Notes: generated by a model from the letters alone, not told the origin. Counted from the stretch's first letter, positions 29,086 to 42,790 are shown. The stretch is 56,063 nucleotides of DNA from Nitrospiraceae bacterium (GCA_037442105.1 JBBIQV010000016.1:1-56063); one strand, 5' to 3'. Numbers and translations: made by a program.

Positions 29086-30033
29086 TTACCGTTCAGATTC
29101 TCCACCCAGCGCACGAAGCTCCATGCCTAACCGGCGGACCTCTTCGCCAATATTCTCCTCTTTCGCAAGATCCAATGCCCGCTGCAATTCGGCTCGCGCT
29201 CTGATCAGATCGCCCTGCGCACGATAACTCCGCGCAGCCCGTTCGGCATAGGCCATCGCCTGCTCCGTTCTGCCCTGTTGAGCCGCAAGACGAGCCAGTC
29301 GCGATAAATCGGCCGCAATCGCCGCTTGCTGTTCAGTCCGGCGATCCAGTTCCAGCGCCTGTTCAAATTCTCGCTGGGCATCCGCCCATTGCTGCCTCCG
29401 CTCATACACCAATCCCAAATTCGCATGGTTCGCCGCCTCCGCCTCTACCTGATTGAGCCGGCGATTGGTCTCAAGTGCGCGGCGAAAAGCTTGTTCCGCC
29501 TCATCAAACCGTCCCTGTTCCTGCAACACCAATCCCAGGTTGTTCCGGAGCACCGCGTCGGCGCGCTGATCCCGCGCTTGGCTCGCCAGCAGAAGTCCGC
29601 GCTGATAGAGGGTTGCGGCTTCGTCTCGCCGGCCTAATCGGTGAAGCGCCGTGCCCAGCGTGCCGAGCGTCTCCAAGATGACCGGCGGCTCTCCGAGTCG
29701 CTCCGCTATCGAGAGCGCTTGCCGATGCAGAGTTACCGCCCGCTCCACTGCTCCCTCCGCCATTGAGACCGACCCAAGACCATTGAGCGCGCTGATCACA
29801 CGCCGGACATCGTCCAGCTCCTCGGCCAACTGGCGCGACTGGGCGAACGCCTGTTTGGCCCGATCGACTTGCCCCTTGCCGAGCCAGTATCGGCCTTGGT
29901 CTTCCAATCGATCGAGCTTGGCCGCCACAAGACCGCGTGAAACGTGCGGCGAGTCCCCGGCACACCCGGCCAGACTGCCTGACAACAGGACGAGAACAAG
30001 GATGAGACGGGCGTAGCAGGATGGCCAGATCAC
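29086..30033 (-). CDS. TPR-repeat lipoprotein
   Basis: Lipobox LAGC; repeated ALNGLG/LRNNLG/NHANLG TPR motifs; GTGA overlap with mlaD-like stop. Confidence 0.88.
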   Translation of the reverse strand: MIWPSCYARLILVLVLLSGSLAGCAGDSPHVSRGLVAAKLDRLEDQGRYWLGKGQVDRAKQAFAQSRQLAEELDDVRRVISALNGLGSVSMAEGAVERAVTLHRQALSIAERLGEPPVILETLGTLGTALHRLGRRDEAATLYQRGLLLASQARDQRADAVLRNNLGLVLQEQGRFDEAEQAFRRALETNRRLNQVEAEAANHANLGLVYERRQQWADAQREFEQALELDRRTEQQAAIAADLSRLARLAAQQGRTEQAMAYAERAARSYRAQGDLIRARAELQRALDLAKEENIGEEVRRLGMELRALGGESER

Positions 30034-31016
30034 TGGTCGAGCCGATCTCCCCGAAGACTGGTGAAGCCTGGGCTCGATGTTCCGGACGGCAGAGCGTCGG
30101 CGTTTTTCACGAAGCGGCTGATGGGAAAGGTATTCTTAGCTCCCCGCACGATCGTGTTGACATCATCCATCGTCGTCTGTGCGGTCTGAAGCAACGGCGT
30201 CAGCTCCCGGGTGACGCTGTTGACCGACTCGGTCAGCGTCTTCACGTTCTTGACCGTATCTTGTGCGGACTCGATGACGGATGGCAACTTTCCCGTGGTC
30301 GTCTTCACGTCGCCGGCAATCTGGTCCACCAGCGCCAGGCTTTTCTTCACCGACACCGTGATCTCCGGCAAGGATGCCGCCGTCCGTTCGACGGATGTAA
30401 CCGTGCGCTGGAGAGTCGACATCATCGCCGGCAATTCCTGCGCTGCCTGCTCCACCTGGCCGAGCGCCCGGCCGCCGGTTTGCACGGTTGTGTGGAGATC
30501 CTTGGTGATCTCTTCGACGCGGAGCAGCGTCTTCTTGACCGCGTCCAGCACCGGCTGCATCTCGTTCACCAAATCGCCGATGTCTTTCGGCTCCGAAGCC
30601 CTGATCGCCGCCCCATCGGCGAGTGCCGGCTTCTCAGGAGTCCCCATCGCGATGTCGATCTGCGTCTGCCCCACGATCACGCCGCTCTTCACCACGGAAG
30701 CTTCCGAGTCCTCCCGGACCATGCTTTGATATCGGCTCAGCATTTGCATTGACACATCCACTATGCCGCTCTCGTTCAGGTCCACCTGCTCCACCCGTCC
30801 GATTTGGAACCCCAACATCATGACCGGTGCACCCGGCTCTAAGCCGTAGGATTTGCTCAAACTCGCCCGCAGATGGTACTTCCGTTCGAATAGGTGTTCG
30901 GCTTTGGCCATGAACCAGCCTACGACAACCAGTCCGAGCAGCGGCAACAGCACAAACAGTCCGACAATCTGCGCAATCCGGCTGCTGGATAAGCTATGCG
31001 CGTAGTGCATCTTCAT
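30030..31016 (-). CDS. MlaD/MCE-family protein with long helical C-terminus
   Basis: TM then GLEPGAPVMMLGFQIGRVEQV MCE motif; extended amphipathic helical region. Confidence 0.88.
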   Translation of the reverse strand: MKMHYAHSLSSSRIAQIVGLFVLLPLLGLVVVGWFMAKAEHLFERKYHLRASLSKSYGLEPGAPVMMLGFQIGRVEQVDLNESGIVDVSMQMLSRYQSMVREDSEASVVKSGVIVGQTQIDIAMGTPEKPALADGAAIRASEPKDIGDLVNEMQPVLDAVKKTLLRVEEITKDLHTTVQTGGRALGQVEQAAQELPAMMSTLQRTVTSVERTAASLPEITVSVKKSLALVDQIAGDVKTTTGKLPSVIESAQDTVKNVKTLTESVNSVTRELTPLLQTAQTTMDDVNTIVRGAKNTFPISRFVKNADALPSGTSSPGFTSLRGDRLDQ

Positions 31017-31025
31017 CACAACACC

Positions 31026-31787
31026 TCACGAAGGTTGCTGTTTCGTCATCGAGTCTGGACGGGATCGCTCAGGCTGCCCTGCTGCCGCTGCACTGCCCGC
31101 CACACGGCTCCTTGTCTTGATGGCATGGACGCGTCCCGCTTGCACCTCGGCCACGCGATCGGCAAGGTCCATGAGCGGCGACGAAATCCGCAGCGTGAGC
31201 AACATGGTCACCCGCCGATTCCGTTTGATCGTCTCAAGATGTTTTCCCAACCGCTTCACCATATCAGTGTCCAAGCCGGCGATGGGATCATCCAACAGTA
31301 GCAGGTCCGGCTCCCATACCAACGCACGTGCAATTGCGGCGCAACGCGCTTCTCCAGGATTCAACTGAGCCGGGAACCGGTCCTGCAGCGCCTCTATTCC
31401 CAACGGCCGAAGCTGATCAACCACACGCCGGCGCACCTCGCTGTCTCCGAGGCGAGCACCGTGGTATCGCAACGGCAGCGCCACGTTATTGTACAGGGTC
31501 ATGTTGCTTAAGAGTCCCGGTTGTTGGAGAACCGTCCCGATACGCCTCCGGAGGCTCATTTCCTCCTCAGCCGACACCCTTGCCCAATCCCGTCCCAGCA
31601 CCAGCACTGTTCCGCGCTCGGGCTCAACCAGCCCGGCACAGAGTTCAAGAATGAGACTTTTGCCGGACCGGCTGGGGCCCATGAGGACCACGCACTCTCC
31701 AGCCGGTACGGTGAGAGTCACATCGCTGAGGCACTCTTGCCCCTGCAACTCCGCCACAACTCCGGACAACTCTATTGCGTCGGTCAT
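31026..31787 (-). CDS. MlaF-like ABC ATP-binding protein with degenerate motifs
   Basis: Walker A GPSRSGKS, Q-loop, NVALPL; signature LNPGE; Walker B LLLLDD; lies between MlaE-like and MlaD-like genes. Confidence 0.85.
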   Translation of the reverse strand: MTDAIELSGVVAELQGQECLSDVTLTVPAGECVVLMGPSRSGKSLILELCAGLVEPERGTVLVLGRDWARVSAEEEMSLRRRIGTVLQQPGLLSNMTLYNNVALPLRYHGARLGDSEVRRRVVDQLRPLGIEALQDRFPAQLNPGEARCAAIARALVWEPDLLLLDDPIAGLDTDMVKRLGKHLETIKRNRRVTMLLTLRISSPLMDLADRVAEVQAGRVHAIKTRSRVAGSAAAAGQPERSRPDSMTKQQPS

Positions 31788-32566
31788 GCAAGATAGGTCG
31801 GAATCGTAACGGCCATATCCAAGAGCAAACAGATCGTCACGGCATTGATCATCGCTTTGGTCGTTTGCTGGGGAACTTCCGTATAGGAAGCTCCAACGCA
31901 CAGCCCATGATGGCAACACACAGCGGCCACCGCGGTTCCAAAGAGCAGGGGTTTCAGCCCCGTGAGCACCACGTCAGAAAATGAGAGAGCGCGGGCCACT
32001 CCTTCGAGAAAGGTCTCCAGTGGAATGGTCATCTGCGCCTTGGCGACGAGGAATCCGCCTAACACCGCCACCACATCGAAATACAACGTCAAGCAGAACA
32101 TGGAGATGACCATCCCGACCAACCGCGGCATTACGATGAACCGGCTGACCGGAATACCCATCAACCGCAACGCCACCACCTCGCGTCCTACCGACATATT
32201 TCCCAACTCCGTGGTGATCGCCGTCCCGGAGCGGCCGACGACGATCACCGCGGTAATAAGCGGCCCCAGTTCCCGAATAATCGCCACCACAATGATGCTG
32301 CCCACCAAACCACCGGCTCCGAGCTTTGGAAGCTGAGACCCGGCCTGCGTGATGACGATGATGCCCAACATCAACGCGATGACGCTCGTGACCGGCAATG
32401 CATCGACGCCGGTAAACAATATCTGGCGTATGATCACGCGCACAGTCTCCCGCCGCCCCTGCTCCGTCGGTCTGATGAGGTCCCACAGCGCTTGCGTGAT
32501 GAGCTCCCACAGCGCCCACACATAGCTCAACGCATCGAGCACCTTCTGGCCAAGCCGACCCATCAT
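31784..32566 (-). CDS. MlaE-family ABC permease
   Basis: IRELGPLITAVIVVGRSGTAITTELGNM...E..AL..MG; VMPRL. Confidence 0.92.
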   Translation of the reverse strand: MMGRLGQKVLDALSYVWALWELITQALWDLIRPTEQGRRETVRVIIRQILFTGVDALPVTSVIALMLGIIVITQAGSQLPKLGAGGLVGSIIVVAIIRELGPLITAVIVVGRSGTAITTELGNMSVGREVVALRLMGIPVSRFIVMPRLVGMVISMFCLTLYFDVVAVLGGFLVAKAQMTIPLETFLEGVARALSFSDVVLTGLKPLLFGTAVAAVCCHHGLCVGASYTEVPQQTTKAMINAVTICLLLDMAVTIPTYLA

Positions 32567-32932
32567 CGAGCAGCACCTCACCCCTTACCTGGGAGCCTGT
32601 CCGACAATCCGCAACAGGCAACCCGTTCTTACCCCAAAAACGAACAGGGGCAAAATTGTAGGGAAACTAGTCCGGCAAAGCAATGAAGCCGTGCACATAT
32701 TCACGATGAAAGACAGAGCTCCTCCAAGTCACCCAATTTGACTCAGCATGGTGGACATGGTACTCTGCAACACCGTACGAGCCACGGTTGTTATCCTACC
32801 TCTCGCGCTTCTCCCGCTGTTCACTATCTTCCGCGCGATCGGTGATCGAACGTCGCTGCTCCTACGAGCCCCGTCCCTTTTAGAACAGATTCGCATTGCA
32901 GGATAGATTATAGAAGGAAGGAGTACATCAGA

Positions 32933-33217
32933 ATGAAGCTCACAACGAGTTGGCGTGGCAACCAGAGACACCGGAAAGACAAACGACTCAAGCACAAGCC
33001 GAAGATTCACTGGCAACAATTGGGCTTGACCGACCCGGCCGATATGAGTTCGACAATGTCGATGGATGAAATTCGTCGCCAAGTCGTGATGTTGTCCAGC
33101 CGGGGATTGGGGCAAGGGGCCCGGTCTCGCCGGACCGCACCGAGCACCACGCTCACCGGTGAAAACCATCATAGTATAGAGTCAGGCCGTGCCGGCCGTC
33201 GAGGAGCCACGGAGTAA
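32933..33217 (+). CDS. Small basic hypothetical protein
   Basis: AAGGAG upstream of ATG; 94 aa; no recognisable motif. Confidence 0.45.
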   Translation: MKLTTSWRGNQRHRKDKRLKHKPKIHWQQLGLTDPADMSSTMSMDEIRRQVVMLSSRGLGQGARSRRTAPSTTLTGENHHSIESGRAGRRGATE

Positions 33218-33286
33218 CGGAGGGGGAATGCCATCCGGCGCTCCCATCATTCGACAAAGGCAGGACCACACGCCGAGGAGGACATC

Positions 33287-33475
33287 ATCGCCAGACCAGG
33301 GAAAACGACGCTCACCAAGCGCAATCGCGAACGGGCCCTCCAGATGAAGCGGCAAGAGAAAGAAGCGCGCCGAGCACAACGGAAGGCGGAAAAAGTTGAA
33401 CCTCGCCTTCTCAAGGAGGGGGAAGATCCCGATCTCGCCGGCCTGCGCTGGGGGCCGCAACCACCGCTCTTCTAG
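33287..33475 (+). CDS. Small Arg/Lys-rich protein with apparent ATC start
   Basis: GAGGAGG 5 nt before ATC; ARPGKTTLTKRNRERALQMKRQEKEARRAQRKAEK...EGEDPDLAGLRWGPQPPLF*; no in-frame ATG/GTG/TTG back to the TAA at 33215. Confidence 0.65.
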   Translation: MARPGKTTLTKRNRERALQMKRQEKEARRAQRKAEKVEPRLLKEGEDPDLAGLRWGPQPPLF

Positions 33476-34074
33476 CCGATGTGACCGATGCGTGATTCCG
33501 TGCCCCTCCACAGGCGGATGATATTTTCTTTGTGCTTGATCCAGATCAAGGCGCTCACAAGGAGGGAGAATCCCACAAACGCTGAAGTCGGTCGCAGCAA
33601 GATGCTTAGGACAGGAAAGAGTCCGAACGCCGTCAACGCGCCCCCTGATGAGTACCGCCAGACGGCCACAGCCAGAAGCCAGACCGCTAGCAAGCCGGCA
33701 CCGATCAGCGGGGCGACTCCCAGCACGGCCCCAAGCGCGGTCGCTACACCTTTACCACCCCGAAACTTCAAGAAGACCGGATAGAGATGCCCAAGGATCG
33801 GCGCGAGCGCCGTTAACAAGACAGCCCATTCAGCCTCGAAGAGATGAACGCCGAGCCATCCCACCACCCATCCTTTTCCCATGTCTCCAACCAGGGTCAG
33901 CACCCCGGCTGTCTTCCCTGAGACCCGCAACACGTTCGTGAAGCCCACGTTCCGGCTACCTGCTGTTCGAGGGTCCACCGTGCCCAGCACTCTTGAGACA
34001 ATGACCCCGAATGGAACGGCGCCGAGAAGATAACCGCCCACAAGCGCGCTGATTAGAACTCCGACATGTTCCAT
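33472..34074 (-). CDS. plsY: Glycerol-3-phosphate acyltransferase PlsY
   Basis: YLLGAVPFG, GSRNVGFTNVLR, GHLYPVFLKFRGGKGVAT, HKENIIRL. Confidence 0.95.
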   Translation of the reverse strand: MEHVGVLISALVGGYLLGAVPFGVIVSRVLGTVDPRTAGSRNVGFTNVLRVSGKTAGVLTLVGDMGKGWVVGWLGVHLFEAEWAVLLTALAPILGHLYPVFLKFRGGKGVATALGAVLGVAPLIGAGLLAVWLLAVAVWRYSSGGALTAFGLFPVLSILLRPTSAFVGFSLLVSALIWIKHKENIIRLWRGTESRIGHIG

Positions 34075-34116
34075 TGCGAGCAAGAGATGAGTGACGCGCA
34101 GAAAGACGGGATGGGC

Positions 34117-34737
34117 TCAGAGTCCCTTCAACTTGACTTGTCTCCAGAAGCTCACCACATATCGGCCACCCGAGATATAGCCCAGCACCAGCGACAGATA
34201 TAGCGTGACGATCCCGGCAAGGTGCAGGTTGCCGAGATCGGAGAAGATCGTGCCTTCGAGGATCAGCAGGACAATCGCCACGACTTGCAGCGCCATTTTG
34301 TATTTGCCGGTCGTCTCCGCGGACATGATCAGGCCTTCCGCTGCCGCGATGGCGCGGATGCCGGTGACCGCCACCTCACGGGCAATGATCAGAATTGCTA
34401 CCAGGGCGGTAACCCGGTCGACTTGAACGAGGAGGATGAGGGCTGAGAGCACCAGAAGCTTGTCCGCAATCGGGTCCAAGAGGCGCCCGAGTTTCGTAAC
34501 CTGTCCAGTCCTGCGGGCCAAGTAGCCGTCCAGCAAATCGGTGGCGGCGGCGATGACGAAGACGATCGCCGCCGCCAGCGAACGGTCTGGCGACGGCTCG
34601 ACAAACAACATGACGAACACGGGAATCAGCAGAATCCGCGTGACCGTGAGCAGATTGGGAAGATTGATGTTGGCGTCCTGCACAGCCGATTTCGCCAATC
34701 CTGCGCCCGCTTGTTTCCGCACGTTCATGACGCGCAT
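34117..34737 (-). CDS. pgsA: CDP-diacylglycerol--glycerol-3-phosphate 3-phosphatidyltransferase
   Basis: NLPNLLT, DLLDGYLARR...G..LDPIADK. Confidence 0.94.
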   Translation of the reverse strand: MRVMNVRKQAGAGLAKSAVQDANINLPNLLTVTRILLIPVFVMLFVEPSPDRSLAAAIVFVIAAATDLLDGYLARRTGQVTKLGRLLDPIADKLLVLSALILLVQVDRVTALVAILIIAREVAVTGIRAIAAAEGLIMSAETTGKYKMALQVVAIVLLILEGTIFSDLGNLHLAGIVTLYLSLVLGYISGGRYVVSFWRQVKLKGL

Positions 34738-34760
34738 ACTGTGAAAGTTTCTCGGTTGGG

Positions 34761-35798
34761 CTAAACGATGCCGTGTTTTAACAAGGCATGCAAGTGAACC
34801 ACCCCGACGACGGCCCCGTTCGAATCTGTGACCACAAGAGAGGTAATTGAAAACCGCTCCATCATTTCGACTGCCCGAGCCGCCAATTCATCGGGACCGA
34901 TGGTTTTGGGATTCCGGCTGGCCAGGTCCAGAGCGGTCACCTTCGCGAGGTCCCCCCCCTGTTGAAGGAACCGGCGCAAGTCGCCATCCGTGATGATCCC
35001 GGCGAGCGCCCCCTGCCCATCAAGCACGGTCGTCATCCCCAATTTCTTCGCGGTCATTTCCAGGATGGCGTCAGATCCCGGCGCCAGCGGTCCAACCTGC
35101 GGCAGCTCGTCACCCGCATGCATCAAATCCCGCACCTTCACCAGCAGACGCCGCCCCAACGTACCTCCCGGATGGAACTGTGCAAAGTGTTCTTGCTTAA
35201 ACCCGCGCTTCTGCAACAAGGCGATGGCCAGCGCATCCCCCATTGCCAAGGTCGCGGTGGTGCTCGCCGTCGGCGCCAAACCCATCGGACAGGCTTCTTC
35301 GGAAACGGAAATGTCCAACACGACGTCGCTGTTTTTCGCCAGCGCGGAATCGCAGCGTCCGGTCAGGGCGACGACCGGAATGTTCATGCGTTTCACAAAG
35401 GGCAACAATTGCAGCACCTCCTGCGTCTCCCCGCTATTGGAAATGGCAATCAACAGATCCTGGCGGGCGAGCATGCCCAGATCGCCGTGCACCCCCTCCG
35501 CCGGGTGAAGAAAAAAAGCCGGGGTCCCCGTACTCGCCAGCGTAGCCGCAATCTTCTGGCCGACCTGGCCGGACTTTCCCATTCCCGACACGACGACTTT
35601 GCCGATGCACTGATAGAGCAGATCCACTGCCTGGCTGAAACGAGCATCGATCCGTTCGATGAGGGCATTCACGGCTCGCGCCTCGATGGCCAGCACACGT
35701 TTCCCCTCCTTAATGCTCCGGTCTTGCCGGACCGGTCGAGGGTGGCGGCCTATCGGGCGTCTGGCGCGTGAGGATGTCGTTCTCTTGCGACGTCGCAT
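34761..35798 (-). CDS. kdsD: Arabinose-5-phosphate isomerase (KpsF/GutQ; SIS + CBS)
   Basis: [43 protein letters not shown], two CBS domains. Confidence 0.94.
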   Translation of the reverse strand: MRRRKRTTSSRARRPIGRHPRPVRQDRSIKEGKRVLAIEARAVNALIERIDARFSQAVDLLYQCIGKVVVSGMGKSGQVGQKIAATLASTGTPAFFLHPAEGVHGDLGMLARQDLLIAISNSGETQEVLQLLPFVKRMNIPVVALTGRCDSALAKNSDVVLDISVSEEACPMGLAPTASTTATLAMGDALAIALLQKRGFKQEHFAQFHPGGTLGRRLLVKVRDLMHAGDELPQVGPLAPGSDAILEMTAKKLGMTTVLDGQGALAGIITDGDLRRFLQQGGDLAKVTALDLASRNPKTIGPDELAARAVEMMERFSITSLVVTDSNGAVVGVVHLHALLKHGIV

Positions 35799-36598
35799 AT
35801 GCGCATCACTCGTTCCAGGAGCGCCTTCAAATCGTGCAGCGGGACCATGTTGGGACCATCCGAGAGCGCCGAATCAGGATCGGGGTGAACTTCCATGAAG
35901 AACCCATCGCATCCCGCGCCGGCCGCCGCACAGGCCAACGGCGCCACGAACTCTCGCTGGCCACTGGACATGGTCCCCCCTCCACCAGGCAACTGGACGC
36001 TGTGGGTCGCATCAAAGACGACGGGGTACCCGAAGCTTCGCATGATCGGCAAGGCACGCATGTCCACGACCAGATTGTTGTAGCCGAACGACGAGCCGCG
36101 CTCCGTCAGCAGAATCCTCCGGTTGCCGCTCTCCTCCACTTTCTTGACCACGTTGCCCATTTCCCACGGAGACAAGAATTGGCCTTTTTTCACGTTCACC
36201 ACACGTCCTGTCTTCGCCGCCGCGACCAGCAGATCGGTCTGCCGGCAGAGAAAGGCCGGGATCTGCAACACGTCGACGACTTCCGCAGCAGCTTGCGCAT
36301 CCTCAGCCGTGTGGACGTCGGTCAGGACCGGCACGCCGACCTGCTCTTTCACTTTGCGCAGGACCGCCAAGCCGTTCTTGATGCCTGGGCCGCGAAACGA
36401 GGTGATCGAGGTTCGATTGGCTTTGTCGTATGACGACTTGAAAATATATGGAATGCGGAGCGACGAGGCAATCTCGGCGATGCGTACGGCAGTCTCCAAT
36501 ACCAGTTTTTCGCTTTCGATGACGCAGGGGCCGGCAATCAGGAACTGGCGCTGATCTGCGCCGGCCTTAAAGGAACCTATGTCGACGTCGTGCACCAT
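35750..36598 (-). CDS. kdsA: KDO8P synthase
   Basis: [43 protein letters not shown]. Confidence 0.96.
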   Translation of the reverse strand: MVHDVDIGSFKAGADQRQFLIAGPCVIESEKLVLETAVRIAEIASSLRIPYIFKSSYDKANRTSITSFRGPGIKNGLAVLRKVKEQVGVPVLTDVHTAEDAQAAAEVVDVLQIPAFLCRQTDLLVAAAKTGRVVNVKKGQFLSPWEMGNVVKKVEESGNRRILLTERGSSFGYNNLVVDMRALPIMRSFGYPVVFDATHSVQLPGGGGTMSSGQREFVAPLACAAAGAGCDGFFMEVHPDPDSALSDGPNMVPLHDLKALLERVMRICDVARERHPHAPDAR

Positions 36599-36612
36599 CG
36601 CCAATAAACATC

Positions 36613-36684
36613 AGGTTGAGGTCAAGGTTGCGGTTCAGCGTCGATTTTAATCAGATTTCTCAGCCTCACCCTCCGCCTTAACCT
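36613..36684. repeat. Inverted array of degenerate hexamers (AGGYYR ... YARCCT)
   Basis: AGGTTG AGGTCA AGGTTG CGGTTC ... CAGCCT CACCCT CCGCCT TAACCT between pyrG and kdsA. Confidence 0.7.
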
Positions 36685-36690
36685 ACTTTG

Positions 36691-39075
<2,385 letters not shown>

Positions 39076-39083
<8 letters not shown>

Positions 39084-40143
39084 TCGCGAATGCCTCGACC
39101 AGTTGCTGGGAAGTGACCGTGGCCGTGCCGACCATCCCGACGACGATACCGGCGGCTTGATTCGCAATGACGGCGGCATCGCTCATGGAGGCGCCCGTGG
39201 AGAGCGCCAACGCCAGCGTGCCGATGACGGTATCGCCCGCCCCCGTTACGTCATATACCTGCCTCGCCCTGGTGGGGATATGCCGATAGGCGCCATTGGC
39301 CTCGTACAAACTCATCCCCCTTTCGCCGCGCGTGATGAGCACCGACTGGCAGCCGAGCCGCTGCCGAATGAGGGCGCCGGCTTGATTGATGGTCAGATCG
39401 TCGTCCCCGTGGACTCCGGCCGCTTGCGCTGCCTCCAGATGGTTTGGGGTGACGACGGTCACACCCTTGTAGTAGCTGAAGTGTTCAACCTTCGGATCGA
39501 CAATGATGGGGATGCGGCGCAAGACCGCGAGCCTCGTCAGTTCCGCCATCAAAGTGGCCGTGACGACTCCCTTCGCGTAATCCGACACGACCAGGCAGGA
39601 GAGTTCCCGCAGGCGCGATTCCACGTACCGGAGGATTCGGCGTTGCAGGGCCGGTTTCAGTTCCCCTCGCCGTTCCACGTCATAACGGACGATCTGCTGG
39701 TTGTGCGCGATCACGCGGGTCTTCCTCGTGGTAGGACGGTCCGGATCGATCACCACCCCGCCCCGGCCATGGCGTTTCGAGCCGAGTTCCTTCAACAACA
39801 TGCGCCCGCTTTCGTCCGAACCGATGACCCCGCACAGATCGGCGCGTCCGCCCATCGCCAGAATGTTACTGAACACATTCGCAGCGCCACCCGGTTTCAA
39901 CGATTCGGATTCGACGTGAACGACGGGCACCGGCGCTTCCGGAGAAATGCGGCTGACCCGCCCCCAGACATAATGGTCCAGAATCAAGTCACCGATCACC
40001 AGGACGCTCGCCTGGGAGAAGCGGTCGATGTACTGGCGCAATGCCTGCATGGATGCCTGTTCGCCGGGTTTCCCTTGTCCTGACTGCCCGCCCGCCGGCT
40101 GGCGTATTCGCCCTACCGTATGGCCTTGCCGAGTCGTTCCCAT
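39076..40143 (-). CDS. rfaE1: D-glycero-beta-D-manno-heptose-7-phosphate kinase (RfaE domain I/HldA)
   Basis: RISPEAPVPV, GGAANV, SDYAKG, TPN..E, DVTGAGDT; start uncertain. Confidence 0.92.
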
Positions 40144-40934
40144 CGGACCCACTCGCTCCATTTGCCGTCGCCGCTCCAGGACCAATAAATGCGGAATGCC
40201 TTGCCCCGGATTTTCTCCATCCGAACGTATCCCCAGAACCGGCTGTCGAGGCTCTGGTCGCGATTGTCCCCCATCATGAAGTATGAACCTTCCGGAACCG
40301 TCACCGGCCCGAAGTTATCGCGCGGGCTGACCGTCCCGTCGATCAGGCCGGGGTCGACCCGCTGCGTATAGAGTTTGTCGTCCAGCATCTGGCCGTTGAC
40401 ATAGACGACCTTGTTGCGGATCTGAATCGTGTCGCCGGGAAGACCGACGATGCGTTTGATGAAGTCTTTCTCTTCATCGTCGGGAAAGCGAAAGACGATG
40501 ATGTCGCCGCGCTGCGGGGTTCCGAAAGGAAGGATCGCGGTGGAAGAGTAGCAGTTGACGGGCAGCCGCCAGTGCTTAGGAGTCAGATTGATCGGGCCGG
40601 TCCATTCAAATTTACAGTCGGTCGGCCACTGGAGGCCGTAGGCCATTTTGTTGACCAGGATATGGTCGCCGATCAACAGCGTGGGGATCATCGACCCGGA
40701 GGGAATTTTGAACGCCTGGACGATGAAGATCCGAATCGCGAAGGCCAGCAACATCGCCACGACGATGGCTTCAGCGTACTCGCGCAGGACGGACTTTCCG
40801 GCCTCGGGGCGATACTCCGCGGCCGAGACCGAGGCAGGCTCCGGCGTCGATCCCGGCGCCGTGGAGGTTGGCGCCGTCTCGGCTGAGGTAGCCGAGACGT
40901 CATCGATCTTCGGACGATTTTGCTCCATGCTCAT
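40113..40934 (-). CDS. lepB: Signal peptidase I
   Basis: [37 protein letters not shown]. Confidence 0.96.
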   Translation of the reverse strand: MSMEQNRPKIDDVSATSAETAPTSTAPGSTPEPASVSAAEYRPEAGKSVLREYAEAIVVAMLLAFAIRIFIVQAFKIPSGSMIPTLLIGDHILVNKMAYGLQWPTDCKFEWTGPINLTPKHWRLPVNCYSSTAILPFGTPQRGDIIVFRFPDDEEKDFIKRIVGLPGDTIQIRNKVVYVNGQMLDDKLYTQRVDPGLIDGTVSPRDNFGPVTVPEGSYFMMGDNRDQSLDSRFWGYVRMEKIRGKAFRIYWSWSGDGKWSEWVRWERLGKAIR

Positions 40935-42742
40935 TCGTCCGACACCTTCAGGATCGCCAGGAACGCTTCCTGCGGCACATCGACCTTCCCGACCTGCTTC
41001 ATCCGTTTCTTGCCCTCCTTTTGTTTTTCCCACAGCTTGCGCTTCCGCGTGATGTCGCCGCCGTAACACTTGGCCGTCACGTTCTTCTTGATGGCGCCGA
41101 TGGTCTCTCGGGCAATGACTTTGTTCCCGATGGCGGCCTGAATGGCGATCTCGAACATCTGCTTCGGGATCAGTTCCTTCATCTTCTCCGCCAACTGACG
41201 GCCGCGCTGATAGGCTCGTTCTCTGTGCGTGATAAACGACAACGCATCCACCGGCTCCCCGTTCAACAGGATGTCGAGCTTCACGAGGTCCGATTCCCGG
41301 TAGCCGAGCAGCTCGTAATCCAGCGAGGCATAGCCTTGCGTCTTCGACTTCAGCTTGTCATAGAAATCCAAAATCACTTCATTGAGAGGCAACTCATAGG
41401 CCAGCATGACCCGCGTGGGATCGAGGTAATGGATGCTGCGCTGGACGCCCCGTCGCTCTTGACAGAGTTGCAGCAAGGTGCCCACATACCGTTCCGGGGT
41501 AATGATGGTGGCCAGAATGAACGGCTCCTCGAACGTCTCGATGGAATTGGGCGGCGGTAACTCAGCCGGATTGTCGATCTCCAGCATTTCTCCCTTGGTC
41601 GTGAGCACCCGATAAACGACTGTCGGAGCGGTCGTGATGAGCGTGAGGCCGTACTCGCGCTCCAGACGTTCCTGAATGATCTCCATGTGGAGTAGCCCTA
41701 GGAACCCGCAGCGGAAGCCGAACCCTAAAGCCAGCGAGGTTTCCGGCTCATAGACGAAAGAAGAATCATTCAAGCGAAGCTTTAAGAGCGCGTCACGAAG
41801 GTCTTCATATTTCGCCGTGTCGGTCGAATAGAGTCCGCAAAAGACAAGCGGCTTCACCTCCTTATAACCAGGAAATGCCTGGTCAGTCGGACGGGCCGCA
41901 TCGGTGAGTGTATCACCGATCTTCACGTCAGCGACTTCTTTCATATTGGCACAGAGATATCCGACTTCACCGGTCAGAAGTTGCGTAGTCTTGGTCCGTT
42001 TCGGGGTAAACTGCCCGACCTCGGTAACCTCGAAAAGCCGACCATTGGACATCACCTTGATCTTCATGCCAGGACGGACTGAGCCGTCGACGATACGGGT
42101 CAGCACAATCACCCCTTGGTAATTGTCGAACCAGGAGTCGAAAATCAGGGCCTTCAGCGGCTTCTCGGGACCACCGGATGGCGGAGGAATCCGAGAGACG
42201 ATGGCTTCGAGGATATCAGGCACTCCCCGCCCCTCTTTGGCGCTGACCAACAGGGCATCGGCAGCATCGAGCATCAACACGTCGGCGATCTGGCGCTTGG
42301 TTCCCTCGATGTCGGCGCTCGCCAGATCGATCTTATTGATGACGGGAATGATCGTCAGCTTATTGGCCATGGCCAAATTCACATTGGCGATCGTCTGGGC
42401 CTGCACACCCTGTGTCGCATCGACCAGCAGAAGAGCCCCTTCGCACGCAGCCAAGCTGCGGGACACCTCGTACGTGAAGTCGACGTGTCCCGGCGTATCG
42501 ATCAAGTGCAACGCGTACGTCTGCCCGTCCTTAGCATGGAACCGAATGGCAACCGCGTGGGCCTTGATCGTGATGCCGCGTTCACGCTCAAGATCCATCG
42601 CATCAAGGATCTGTTCTCGGAACTCCCGGGCGGTGACAGCGCCCGTAGCTTCTAGGAACCGGTCAGCGAGGGTCGATTTGCCGTGATCGATATGGGCAAT
42701 GATTGAGAAGTTACGGATAAGACTTTGCAAATCCCTGTTCAT
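40931..42742 (-). CDS. lepA: Translation elongation factor 4
   Basis: [44 protein letters not shown]. Confidence 0.98.
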   Translation of the reverse strand: MNRDLQSLIRNFSIIAHIDHGKSTLADRFLEATGAVTAREFREQILDAMDLERERGITIKAHAVAIRFHAKDGQTYALHLIDTPGHVDFTYEVSRSLAACEGALLLVDATQGVQAQTIANVNLAMANKLTIIPVINKIDLASADIEGTKRQIADVLMLDAADALLVSAKEGRGVPDILEAIVSRIPPPSGGPEKPLKALIFDSWFDNYQGVIVLTRIVDGSVRPGMKIKVMSNGRLFEVTEVGQFTPKRTKTTQLLTGEVGYLCANMKEVADVKIGDTLTDAARPTDQAFPGYKEVKPLVFCGLYSTDTAKYEDLRDALLKLRLNDSSFVYEPETSLALGFGFRCGFLGLLHMEIIQERLEREYGLTLITTAPTVVYRVLTTKGEMLEIDNPAELPPPNSIETFEEPFILATIITPERYVGTLLQLCQERRGVQRSIHYLDPTRVMLAYELPLNEVILDFYDKLKSKTQGYASLDYELLGYRESDLVKLDILLNGEPVDALSFITHRERAYQRGRQLAEKMKELIPKQMFEIAIQAAIGNKVIARETIGAIKKNVTAKCYGGDITRKRKLWEKQKEGKKRMKQVGKVDVPQEAFLAILKVSDE

Positions 42743-42761
42743 TCCTCCACAAAACCGGCTC

Positions 42762-42790
42762 ATTATATTAGGAGGTTCCGAGGTTGTCAA
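42762..42790 (-). promoter_or_regulatory. Consensus sigma70 promoter of the lepA operon
   Basis: Minus strand TTGACA-N17-TATAAT. Confidence 0.8.

Noticed and set aside
35750..35798. 49-bp kdsA/kdsD overlap with an Arg-rich KdsD N-terminus
   Set aside because: Probably start-site ambiguity or a dispensable extension; no evidence of a separate function
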